A program made the position numbers and the translations under genes. This document shows, piece by piece, positions 11,209-20,686 of a DNA stretch of 23,892 nucleotides. The DNA is taken from NCBI GenBank assembly GCA_054661495.1, contig BAAFSQ010000151.1:1-23892 (forward strand). The letters are read 5' to 3'. Below the pieces are notes generated by a model. The model was given only the letters and a program-made list of their open reading frames with translations, made no database searches and was not told the origin of the DNA. Origin of the DNA: Zygophlyctis sp. KS116 (lineage: Eukaryota > Fungi > Chytridiomycota). The number at the start of each line of letters is the position of its first letter. Within the stretch, counting starts at the first letter, position 1.

Positions 11209-13516
11209 ATGATGCAATCGCTCATCATGAGTAAGCCATCGGAGACATTCAAACACTGCAGTCACTGGAACTATGATTTCGTCATTCGACTCGGAAGTTT
11301 ATCAGAATTTTCTAAAATGATTGATAGTCTAACCGGATTAATTACTCTTGCTATGGATATTGCCCCGCACTTTATTCCTTATCGTTTAGCGATGGAATCA
11401 TCAGGCCAGACCTGCCAAATGAAGAAAAGTTTATCAATGTCTAATCTGTCCGAATATGATTTGTCTGATCTTGATGAAAATCAGACTACCGAATGGATAG
11501 ATTATCTTAAAGTATCTTTAGATCCAATGGATTGTATGGCATCATGGAAATACCTAAAAAGTCTCAGGAATATAACATGTAAGGAGAGGCTAGAGAATAT
11601 TACTTGGCGAAAGTATTCAGAAGGAATCAATTCAAAATATTCTATAACTCTGTTGGATCAAAATTCAAAAAGGTTTTCGCCTTCAACGATACATTTACAT
11701 TTTTCTAGAGGATTTCTAAATGGTAAATATATATCTAGTATTAACTTTTATAGGTCCTGTATTATTGCATAACAAGCAGATAGTTGAAGCACAGTATAAG
11801 AATAGATTAACAAATTCAACATTCTTAAAAACAGCTATAGGAAAGAAACAAGCAGATCATCCGAAATCAATTAGATTTAAAGAAACTGTTGATTATAGAG
11901 CTTATTCTAATTCTCAAGAAACGCTTTCAGAGGATTATAAAGAATATTCTGGTTCTGAGTCTGATTCTCTGCCAGAAACTACTAGATTTGGGTTTATTGA
12001 AGGGAAAGAATTTATTAAAAAGTGTCAATCAGAGAGTAGCGCAGCTCAAAAGATTTTCTGGAATTTAAATTTCAAGATTAAAGGTGTATTATTTGGAAAT
12101 TCCAAAAGAAGGAAGAGAATGATCGAGCTTGTTTATGAATATTTTATCGGAAAAGCAAAATTAAATGTGCCATTTAAGAACCTGGCATGGGAACCCACAT
12201 TGATAATAAACGAAGAGGAGCTGCAAAAAAATGATAATCTCCATGACTCAAGTTTCCTGGCTAGAATAGAAAAGTCTTTTGGGATTCCTGATTTCTTTTC
12301 GTACTTTAAAAAGATTTCTAGTTTTGCCATCGGTGGTTTAAATAGACTAAAAAGATGTTTGGGCCGATTGAAGCTATGGGCCTTTAATGCATTATATTCT
12401 CGTATAAACAAATTATATGAAACAGCACTGAATGCCTGGTCAGGTTTTAGGACCAAAACAATCGACTTGACATCACAGCTTGGAAGTATATCTCTTGCAG
12501 TTTTTGGTACTTTCAGAGAAATTTATGAGAGCTTATCTTATATTTTTACAATCATTTCTCCGTATTTGTTCCGGTTTACTTTAAGGCTGAAGAGCCGCGT
12601 CTATTGCAATTTTCTTTTGGGATTATATACAATTCGAAGAATATTTAGCTGGAAGAAACCCGTCACAATAACAGATCTACCCACGGAAATCAAATGGGAA
12701 ATTTTAAAGCATTTGGATTTTGAATCAGGTTTGAAATTTTCAAGAATTCTAAAAATTGGAGAGTTTGATTGCATACAATACCACAAATTTTTCATTCAAT
12801 TTCCCATTAAGGAAGAATCCGGAATTATAAGTTTTACTTTTAGAATCATTGGATGGATTTTTAATCACTCAATTCATATACCTCCAGTAGATATAGACAT
12901 CTGGACAGTCAGCTATGCTGTTGAAAAAATAATCGGAAATAGCGAGAAGAAATTCGCTATACTTGTTAGGAATCAGGAATTCAGAAACTATGTTCATGAT
13001 GAGATAGTTCTAGCTCTTGCATGCAAATATGGAGAGTATTCTGTTGTTCGTCAGCTTATCGCTGATAATGATCCCTCATATGGAATGAATTTTGGGATTC
13101 GATGGGCTGCTATCAAAGGCTGGGAAGACATAGTTAGACTTCTTTTAAATGATGAAAGAGTTGATCCTGCTGTAGATAATAACAAACCGCTCATATCTGC
13201 TTGTGAAAACGGGCATGTTGGTTCCGTAGATGCATTGCTACGACATTCAAATGTTGACCCTACACTTCAATCTAATTATGCAATTGAAAGAGCATGCTAT
13301 AATGGACACAAAGAGGTCGTTCAAAGACTATTGAAGGATAGCAGAGTGGATCCTACAGCATCTCGAAACTACTGTCTTAAAGTGGCATGCAAAAGAAATC
13401 ATCTAGAAGTTGTCCGTGTTTTGCTATGTGACTCCCGCATAAGACCAGGAGATGATGACTACAAATTAATTCAGCGTCTAGTGCAGAGGCAAAGTAAAAG
13501 AATTGTTATTCGATAA
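11209..13516 (+). CDS. Multidomain protein: Reg1-like/DUF1752 N-terminus with RVxF-type motif, F-box, ankyrin repeats; exons 11209 (or 11392)-11722, 11754-13516; 758 or 697 aa
   Basis: IDYLKVSLDPMDCMASWKYL...ERLENITWRK...FLN/GPV across a 31-nt intron (11723-11753). Then KSIRFKETV, the F-box ITDLPTEIKWEILKHLD, and 4-5 ankyrin repeats (e.g. VDPTLQSNYAIERACYNGHKEVVQRLL). Start codon uncertain. Confidence 0.8.
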
Positions 13517-13747
13517 ATAGATTTTGTATTTTCGTTATTTTATTTCCTAGAAATAAATGAGAGTTTATAAGACGAATTTCCAATCCACCACTGATCTGGC
13601 TATAATATGCCGATCATCCACTGCTGGCAGATGACTCTTCGGGGGATTTTTGAGGACAATGTGGGGAAGCAAGAGATGACGCATACCTTTTAAAATTTCC
13701 CTTTGATGCTGCAGTTAGTGAGATCTTACATCCAGAAAACAAAACAA

Positions 13748-15187
13748 ATGGCACAACATTTTGCCCCTTATGATCCAGATGAAAACGATCAATCGTTTGA
13801 TCAGACTACATACTTGTCCGAAAGTGATGATGATGCTTCATTTGAAAGTTTCTCAATGCCAGACTCTGGCACCGATAGCACTGAATCTCTAAATAAGATT
13901 ACATTCGATCCATTTGAAGAAGTTAAGACTGATTCTCAATTTACACTGGTCGGTTCATCACAAACAAATATTATTGATTCTGTTCTGATACACAATCAGC
14001 CCGAAATTATTGATAATCATTCGGAACAATCGTATAATGAGCACAAAGTGATTGCAGAGGCTGCATTCACCGATGCATTTGAAGCTAGTGGTGAATCTAA
14101 TACTAATATTGAGCAGCCAATTGATAAACCAAAAATCAATACAAATAGTCAAAAGAACCTTTGGGCTGATAATATAGCCACGATATTAGATGAATATTTG
14201 AAAGAAGAGGAGAACCATGATATTAAAGATCATGAGGAATTGGTTGAATTTACAAACGTGGTTGAATCTTCAAATGAATCTCTTGAAATAATTTCAGAAG
14301 CTGGATCATTAGAAGAAAAGCCTCTAAATAACACACCTGCCAGTGAACAGTTGAATTTTGAAGAAGTTTCCCAACAAATATTTGATATAGAGCCATATTT
14401 TGATCAATCAGAAGCCTTTTATGCAGAGAAATGTGTTATATATTGGGACGCTCGTGGTTGGCTTAATGCTATCCTAGCCGATGAATACGACGAGGAAATG
14501 CTTATCTCTGTAGATCGTGATAAGAGGTACTGCAATTGTTTTGAATTTATGACTAGAATATTGTTAGATAGAGTAAAAACTAGATTAGATAGTCAGGGAA
14601 GAGATCGAGCCACCCGGTAATACATAATTAATCTAACTTTTAGAGAGTTATTGTACAAAGCCCACTCAATCCTAACAAACCAAGAAAGCTGCAGGGAGTT
14701 TGCAGAAAGAGCAGCTAATCCTCCTCTTGAATATGCCCCCAAGGAGAGCATACTGCTCGGCGTACCAAATTTCATCATTAGTACTGGATTCAATATCGTA
14801 CAATCTATTTTATCATACAGTAAAAGCGGTATAACAAATTCCTACTTTATAAGTAAGGATATTGTATCGTGTGGAAAAACCATTATTACTGAAACTTGTA
14901 ATGTTATTTTTGGGGAAGAATTCTCAATGAATGATTTATATTCACATATAAGGAATATTTCACCGAAAGAACTCTATGCAGCCCAACTCGAAATTCCTCA
15001 ACAAATATTCAATCATACGGTTCAAATTGTCAAAAATCTCATAATGAGCTGGTGGAAACTCCGGATCATTATGCATTATAAGATTTATTCTGTTATAAAT
15101 TCAATAGTACTATTCTCATCAGAATCATCCCAATCAACTTGGCCAGTCTCCAAACTATCTAGTATAATCTCCAAATTATCTGGTTGA
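13748..15187 (+). CDS. Uncharacterised protein with a long acidic, probably disordered N-terminus, ~470 aa; exons 13748-14616, 14644-15187
   Basis: 27-nt intron 14617-14643 (GTAATA...CTAAC...TAG) joins the 305-aa and 178-aa ORFs in frame. An upstream ATG at 13706 is also possible. No family recognised. Confidence 0.75.
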
Positions 15188-15342
15188 TTCTCTGCATCGT
15201 AAACTATATTATAGCATTTGGAAATATCAACTTCTCTTAAATTCAAAAGTTTATATAACTTTGAGAGATCCATATCTGTGAATTTCGTACCAGATACATT
15301 CAAGTACTCCAAACGTTGTAATCTAAAAACACTAGACAAATC
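15062..15342 (+). repeat. Left copy of a ~281-bp direct duplication; carries the 3' end of the acidic gene (+) and a 5'-truncated LRR gene fragment (-)
   Basis: Aligns without gaps to 16422-16702 (offset 1360), with 6 mismatches by my count. Confidence 0.95.
15085..15342 (-). pseudogene. 5'-truncated duplicate of the last ~85 codons of the F-box/LRR gene
   Basis: SSVFRLQRLEYLNVSGTKFTDMDLSKLYKLLNL...IEFITE is nearly identical to the 16445-16700 product; no ATG or upstream exons. Confidence 0.8.
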
Positions 15343-16421
15343 AAGCATTCACTAAGATTAACCGACTTTACGGTAATCTTAACCCATCCGATGTCCGATC
15401 ATCTCCTTATAGGTGAACCGATGTCCGATCATCCCCATAAATTAATTCTCATCATCAGTATCCAAAAGTTAGCTGTCAATTTCAATAAAAGCCAGCTTAA
15501 AAGTCTTTGACAGCCTGATCAATTATTACGTGCTTTTTGTCTTTTAATTGGTTCAGGTGGGGCTGTCAAGATGATTGCTAAAAATGTTGAGAGTTGAGGA
15601 GGAAATGACCAATCAAGACCATTTGAAAAAGTGTAAAGTGACTGAAAACGATCCAGCTGTGCTATTTGATTGGCATTTTGAAGTTTTGGAACAGTTTGTT
15701 CAAGGTGCAAATCAGAATATTGTACTTCCTCAAGCCTTCTTCATCACCACTGCTCCTGGGTCTATGACTGTCAATTCATTCTTGAATGACTGTATGAATA
15801 TTTTGTCTCGGGTTTCTGGCAATAGAAATGGAAACAATCTCTTGGCTCCAAATACACTGTCTCAATATGGAAATATTTTGCAACTTCTGCAACAAATCGA
15901 AATGGATAGTTGGATGCAGCAGCAATTTGCTAAATTAGTTCCTGAAGGTTCATTCTTGGCTACGGTTGCTTCAATGACTGATTTTCAAATTGCCAAGGCT
16001 ACTCCAATTGGATTGATTGCTCCTCAAAACCAGGGCTTCAAGCAAATATTTCAATAGAACGGATTGATCAAAGATTACCAAGAAAAGCAGTTTGATTAGA
16101 AAATTGAGCCGTAGAGAATATCCAATGTTTATTGTAATCCGTATCGACACCACGACAACATGTCAATAGATTGCGTGGAGACTGTTGATTCAAAACAATT
16201 CAAGTTTATAGAAATACCATTCTCTATAAAATTCCATTTGAGTAGATTTGACAGAGAAGTACAATTAATCTAGATCCTTTGCTGAACAATTTAAACGCCA
16301 TTTAGTTTACCCATTCCTGATGATCCATGGCGAAACGTAAAGTGGATCGTTGACTCATTCCTGATGATCAATGGCGAAAAATAAAGGAGATCGGACTGGA
16401 ATTACTTTCAGAACAACAATA
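15343..16421. mobile_element. 1079-bp insertion between the duplicated segments; element class unknown
   Basis: Bounded by the direct repeats, with short subterminal repeats at both ends and a hairpin at 15353-15381. No transposase, integrase or RT motif recognised. Confidence 0.3.
15584..16057 (+). CDS. Orphan intronless ORF inside the insertion (157 aa from first ATG); possibly a decayed longer gene
   Basis: An open frame of >470 nt in AT-rich DNA with protein-like composition; no motif recognised. Confidence 0.45.
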   Translation: MLRVEEEMTNQDHLKKCKVTENDPAVLFDWHFEVLEQFVQGANQNIVLPQAFFITTAPGSMTVNSFLNDCMNILSRVSGNRNGNNLLAPNTLSQYGNILQLLQQIEMDSWMQQQFAKLVPEGSFLATVASMTDFQIAKATPIGLIAPQNQGFKQIFQ

Positions 16422-16702
16422 CGGATCATTATGCATTATAAGATTTATTCTGTTATAAATTCAATAGTACTATTCTCATCAGAATCATCCCAATCAACTT
16501 GGCCAGTCTCCAAACTATCTAGTATAATCTCCAAATTATCTGGTTTATTCTCTGCATCGTAAACTATATTATAGCATTTGGAAATATCAACTTCACTTAA
16601 ATTCAAAAGTTTATATAACTTTGAGAGATCCATATCTGTGAATTTCGTACCCGATACATTCAAGTACTCCAATTGTTGTAATCTAAAAACACTAGAGAAA
16701 TC
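16422..16702 (+). repeat. Right copy of the ~281-bp direct duplication; contains the intact 3' end of the F-box/LRR gene
   Basis: See 15062-15342. Confidence 0.95.
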
Positions 16703-17224
16703 CTTTAGTCTAAAACACAATGAAAGATCTAAACTTTTGATATTGGTACAAAGATGTAATGGTAAAGTCCGAGATAATCGACTACATTCACTTAAATTCA
16801 AAGTCTCCAAATGCGTACAGAGTGCCACATACTCTAGAGCGGTATTTGTCAATAAAGAGCAATTTGATAAATTCAAATGTACAAGACATGGAGTTGAGGA
16901 TAGCAATGCTTTAGCTGATTTATCAGTAAACCGATTCCATCTTCCAGAAACATTTGATAGATCAATCTAAAATATTTAAAGTTTATGCATACAGTTTCAA
17001 TCAGATCATTAAATCCAAGGCTAACGGCCGATCGTCCTAATTTAGCTAGTCCTGATCTAATATTTTAAAGATAAAACTTACAATGACTTGATTCTGGGAT
17101 TTTGATATAATATTCTTAATAGATTCTTTCTAAATTTGTGATTCAGGAGAGTGAGTTTGGATATATCCTCAAGATCTAGAAAGGAAATGATCATATATAA
17201 TATCTCTAATGGAATAAAATCCAT
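16445..17224 (-). CDS. F-box / leucine-rich repeat protein (FBXL-like, cysteine-containing LRRs), 242 aa; exons 17224-17082, 17056-16993, 16966-16445
   Basis: Exon 1 (absent from the ORF track) reads MDFIPLEILYMIISFLDLEDISKLTLLNHKFRKNLLRILYQNPRI, an F-box. Introns 25 and 26 nt. LRRs: LVHLNLSNCSLLTNTAL, LETLNLSECSRLS, IKSLDLSLCFRL, LEYLNVSGT, LSEVDISKCYNI. Confidence 0.9.
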
Positions 17225-17286
17225 AAGTCAAAATACTCACCTTTGTCAATAATTTTATTATCTAGTATTACTCTAAAAGAGATCCA

Positions 17287-18243
17287 TTAAAACTTCAAAT
17301 GAATGAAAAACAATGGATCCCAAGATAAAGCCTGAAACCAGAATTCTCTTTTGAATTTTAAAGTATGTAGCTCCCAAGTCTCCAAAACATATTGTGCAAA
17401 GAGAAATATTGTTTTAGGAGTCCAAACTTTAAATACATCAATCATTAAATCTGTAATCTTTTCATTTGATATCAGCGTGTATAAATCCAATAAATTCTGA
17501 TCTAAACTTTCCAATGCATATTTAAGTACATCCACCAACACTGAATTTGACAAATTGTTAAATAATGATTGTAATTTAGAGTCTTTTACATAATAGTAGA
17601 AATTTTTATACATATCCAACCTTGCTTCCATACTCCATGATCTAATAACCTGTTCAAATAAAGTATTAATCTGATTATTTGAAAGATTTTCCAAGAGCTT
17701 TAAACTTTTACGATTCCTAATTTTGAAAGAATTATAGAAGAATTGACTTAAAACTTTTGGCGATGCAATATTTATAAGAGCTTGTAGTTCGGACTCTTGA
17801 AATTTGATAAATATTTTTGGATAAATTGTTTCATTAAGTCCTATAATAGAGTCATGATCTGCTATATATTCTAAAATTGGAATTAAATGAGCCAACTGAT
17901 TTGATTGCGTAATCCAATTCTTTTGCGTGTCTTTTAAATCTTGACTTAAAAAATTCATTATTAGGTCAGTGTTGGTGATAGAGTCTTTAGTATTCAACAA
18001 TTGATTGATGACTGGTGAAATCATTTTCCTTATTTTAACTAGATTCACTGCCGGTGTAAAATAGAGAGTCCCATGCGTAGATTTTAGCATTGAGACCATT
18101 TCATTTAGAGATAATTTTAAATTTCTTGTTGATCTTGATCTTGGAGAAAAGACTGACAACTGTTGTCTACTGCTAGAATTAACAGTCCCCAACTGCAGCA
18201 GTATCTGTAAAATCAAAAGCAGATATTTTATTGCTGCAGTCAT
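17287..18243 (-). CDS. Uncharacterised, probably secreted, helical protein, 318 aa
   Basis: Uninterrupted ORF; N-terminus MTAAIKYLLLILQILLQLGTVNS resembles a signal peptide; no family recognised. Confidence 0.7.
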   Translation of the reverse strand: MTAAIKYLLLILQILLQLGTVNSSSRQQLSVFSPRSRSTRNLKLSLNEMVSMLKSTHGTLYFTPAVNLVKIRKMISPVINQLLNTKDSITNTDLIMNFLSQDLKDTQKNWITQSNQLAHLIPILEYIADHDSIIGLNETIYPKIFIKFQESELQALINIASPKVLSQFFYNSFKIRNRKSLKLLENLSNNQINTLFEQVIRSWSMEARLDMYKNFYYYVKDSKLQSLFNNLSNSVLVDVLKYALESLDQNLLDLYTLISNEKITDLMIDVFKVWTPKTIFLFAQYVLETWELHTLKFKREFWFQALSWDPLFFIHLKF

Positions 18244-18442
18244 TAATTTTTTAGATTATAAGGGAGATCACAAATATTGCAGTAGAATTTTCAAGTTTAA
18301 GCAACAGATTATTCAAAACGTGATCAAACGTGATTAGCAAATGATTTGAGCCTAAGCAACTGCCGACGCTAAACGCTTTTAAAAGCCGCCGTCGCCCCAT
18401 TCGTTATCGCCGCCTTCCGTTATCCAAGCAAAGGCGCGTTTA
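18244..18442. promoter_or_regulatory. Divergent promoter region with a CpG-rich patch
   Basis: 199 bp between head-to-head ATGs. 18360-18440 is unusually GC/CpG-rich (repeated CGCC, CGTTATC x2), and AAACGTGAT occurs twice in tandem near 18316-18334. Confidence 0.45.
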
Positions 18443-19108
18443 ATGCAATTACTTGTCCTATTCTCTACTCTTCTTACGCTACTGATAGCAAGGATATTTT
18501 GGGTAGTTGTTTTCCGTCCAAAATCAGTATATTGTGTATTAAAAAAAAGATGTAAAAATCAAATTGCATGGGTTGTTTTGGGATCTGGTAATTATAATCA
18601 GATAAAGAGTAGGTGGACATACTTCAGAAATGATTAAAATTATAAGTCCATTAGAATCATCATTGAAAACTGTACATTGGAAATATATTATATCTTCTAA
18701 TGATTCATTATCAGAATCTAAAATTCAAGGGAAAAATATAGTTTCAATTCCTAGAAGTAGAAAAGTCGGACAATCATTTTTAACTAGTATTTTTACAACT
18801 TTAAATTCAATTCTGGCAATGATCCCAATATTCTCTAAAGAATTACCAGATGTAATTGTTGTAAATGGTCCTGGAGTTTGTATTCCACCTTGTTTAATTG
18901 CATTTTGTTTAAAAGTGTTGGGATTAAAACATATATCAGTGGTTTTTATGTAAGACTATAAATTTTAAAAGAGTGTAGTGAATCATTTGCTCGAGTACAC
19001 AACCTATCATTAACTGGAAAAATACTTTTACCAATTGCAGATAGGTTTTTAGTACAATGGCCATATCTAAAAGGATCAATTGCAGAATATCATGGAAGAT
19101 TAGTTTAA
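18443..19108 (+). CDS. ALG14: UDP-N-acetylglucosamine transferase subunit ALG14, 203 aa; exons 18443-18587, 18613-18949, 18979-19108
   Basis: N-terminal TM segment, VVLGSGGHTSEM across a 25-nt intron, IPRSRKVGQS, NGPGVCIP, then FIESFARVHNLSLTGKIL...FLVQWP across a 29-nt intron. Confidence 0.96.
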
Positions 19109-19129
19109 TTTTTCAACTTTTTCTTAAAA

Positions 19130-19777
19130 TCATAAAACATGAGATTCCTTGTTAAATCTCTTGAATTTTTCCAATTCATTTAATAAAGGAACTGGGAATG
19201 GAGGATTTAATTTTGAAGGAGTCCAAGTATTTTTTTCAACTTCTTCTTTAGGAGTGTCTAGTAATTTTGATTCTAAGCATTAGATTCCAAAAACCAAAAC
19301 CAAAAAAAATTACCTGCTTGGTCTTTCCAAGGATCTGGGATTTCAGGAACCTTGATTTGTGATTTTGATAAATGAGAAATACGAACCAATTCTAAAGTCT
19401 TTGTTGTAGGATTGTATGTTCTTTTAAGTGAAACAGTTGTTGGTTCATTATTTGTAGGATCTAATAGACTAACACAACCAAGAGGAATAGGACCTTCTTT
19501 AGTGATTCTAGCGCCTTTTGGATAATTTGGATTAGGTTTAATATGCTTAATTTTCTATTTTTTTAGTTGATTAGAGTACCATGTTGCATCCCTCAACAAA
19601 GACAGAGTTTAAGGGTTTAGAAATAGAAATTACTTTTCCAGTTTTTCCTTCTTCTTTTCCCATTATAACCTTTACTGTATCTCCAGTAAATATTTTCCAA
19701 GTCTTTGTTAATTCCTTTTTAGAGAATTTAGGAATTAATTTCCTTGTTAAATTGAATCCTTTAATCTTCATTTTCAT
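19130..19777 (-). CDS. MRPL24: Mitochondrial ribosomal protein uL24m (KOW motif), ~193 aa; exons 19777-19580, 19554-19314, 19272-19130
   Basis: Basic presequence, WKIFTGDTVKVIMGKEEGKTGKV...VFVEGCNM/KIKHIKP...KEGPIPLGCVSLLDP...DTPKEEVEKNTWTP. Introns 25 and 41 nt. Confidence 0.88.
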
Positions 19778-19862
19778 CTTTGAATTTTTGCTATAAATCC
19801 CCCCTCCACTTGACCTTGTACTATTTAAACTCTTTTAGATGTGTCTGTATAATCTATAAATA

Positions 19863-20588
19863 TTACAATTTTGAAAAGATTTCATCTACAAAAGTATATT
19901 CTACAGTCCTTCCATTCTCCACTTTACCTAGAATACGAAATTTTCTAAAATTATTTAAATTTATGCTTTTCCAAGATTTAGAATGCTGATAATCACCAGG
20001 AAATACTAGTGTAAAATCTCTTTTAGATTTATAAACCAATTCTGGATCTATAATTCCTCTAAATTTCTCTAATTCTATAGTTCCATTTAGTATATTTAAT
20101 AGTATCCATTGTGGAGGCATTAATAGTATGTTTCCATTTTGAAAATCATGCAGTAATTCTTTACAAGATTTTGTAAAAATTTCAACAATTTCATTTCCAT
20201 CTGGTAAAGATTTTGGTATATTTTCCACTTTTAAAAGAAAAAAAGTAGTTTTAAATCTTGATGGTTCATGTGGAGGAGTGATCCAAGTAGAAAGAGTGGA
20301 TAATGAATTTAAACTTGATAAATCCATTAAATTACTCTTTATAGATTTTCTTTGACAAGAATCAAAAACTTTAATTTCCTTTGAGACTAATATTCCAGTT
20401 TCCTCTAGAGTTTCTCTTATAGCAGCAACTTTTAAAACTTGTTCTTCATCTTTAAAAAATCTGTCCGAATCTTGTAATATTCCTCCTGGAAATACTGTAA
20501 AAGAACCAAAGTTTCCTTTTGGTCGTCTCTTGACCATGAGTATCTGAGAAGCTGATTTTAGAATTAAACAAGCAGACTCTCTAAACAT
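19863..20588 (-). CDS. Nudix hydrolase, NUDT19-like (acyl-CoA diphosphatase family), 241 aa
   Basis: RESACLIL...LMVKR...VFPGG...AAIRETLEETGI (Nudix box with insertion), WITP...RFKTTFF, DGNE, LMPPQ, PGD. First ATG is 20588 (the track starts at GTG 20609). Confidence 0.85.
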   Translation of the reverse strand: MFRESACLILKSASQILMVKRRPKGNFGSFTVFPGGILQDSDRFFKDEEQVLKVAAIRETLEETGILVSKEIKVFDSCQRKSIKSNLMDLSSLNSLSTLSTWITPPHEPSRFKTTFFLLKVENIPKSLPDGNEIVEIFTKSCKELLHDFQNGNILLMPPQWILLNILNGTIELEKFRGIIDPELVYKSKRDFTLVFPGDYQHSKSWKSINLNNFRKFRILGKVENGRTVEYTFVDEIFSKL

Positions 20589-20686
20589 TCTACTTTCTCT
20601 TTCGGACACCGGTTAGTAAAACTGAAAAACGTTAAAAAATTTTCCACAAAACCTAGAAATTTACCCTAGTTTGCACAGAAAGTCAA

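Noticed and set aside
15332-16425. Helitron reading of the insert on the minus strand (A/TC start, hairpin, CTAG/T end)
   Set aside because: Both putative termini lie inside the duplicated host sequence, the hairpin is AT-rich, and Helitrons do not create long flanking duplications.
15062-16702. LTR retroelement or TRIM
   Set aside because: The direct repeats are host LRR coding sequence and lack TG...CA ends; no PBS, PPT or gag/pol similarity was seen.
17206-17292. Possible splicing of the secreted orphan onto the F-box/LRR gene: the frame stays open past the TAA, and a GTGAGT donor at 17240 with an acceptor at 17206 would join in frame
   Set aside because: Needs GTT and GTG donors whereas all 25 supported introns start GTA, and it would delete the start of the F-box (MDFIPL).
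9402-19108. Functional cluster of UDP-GlcNAc genes (PGM3 and ALG14), or of nucleolar genes (NOL8-like and NOP12)
   Set aside because: They are separated by unrelated genes with no shared motif seen; chance proximity is sufficient in a gene-dense genome.
19287-19310. Telomere-like (T4-5GG)n tract in the 41-nt uL24m intron
   Set aside because: Only three irregular units; simple slippage explains it and the intron's extra length.
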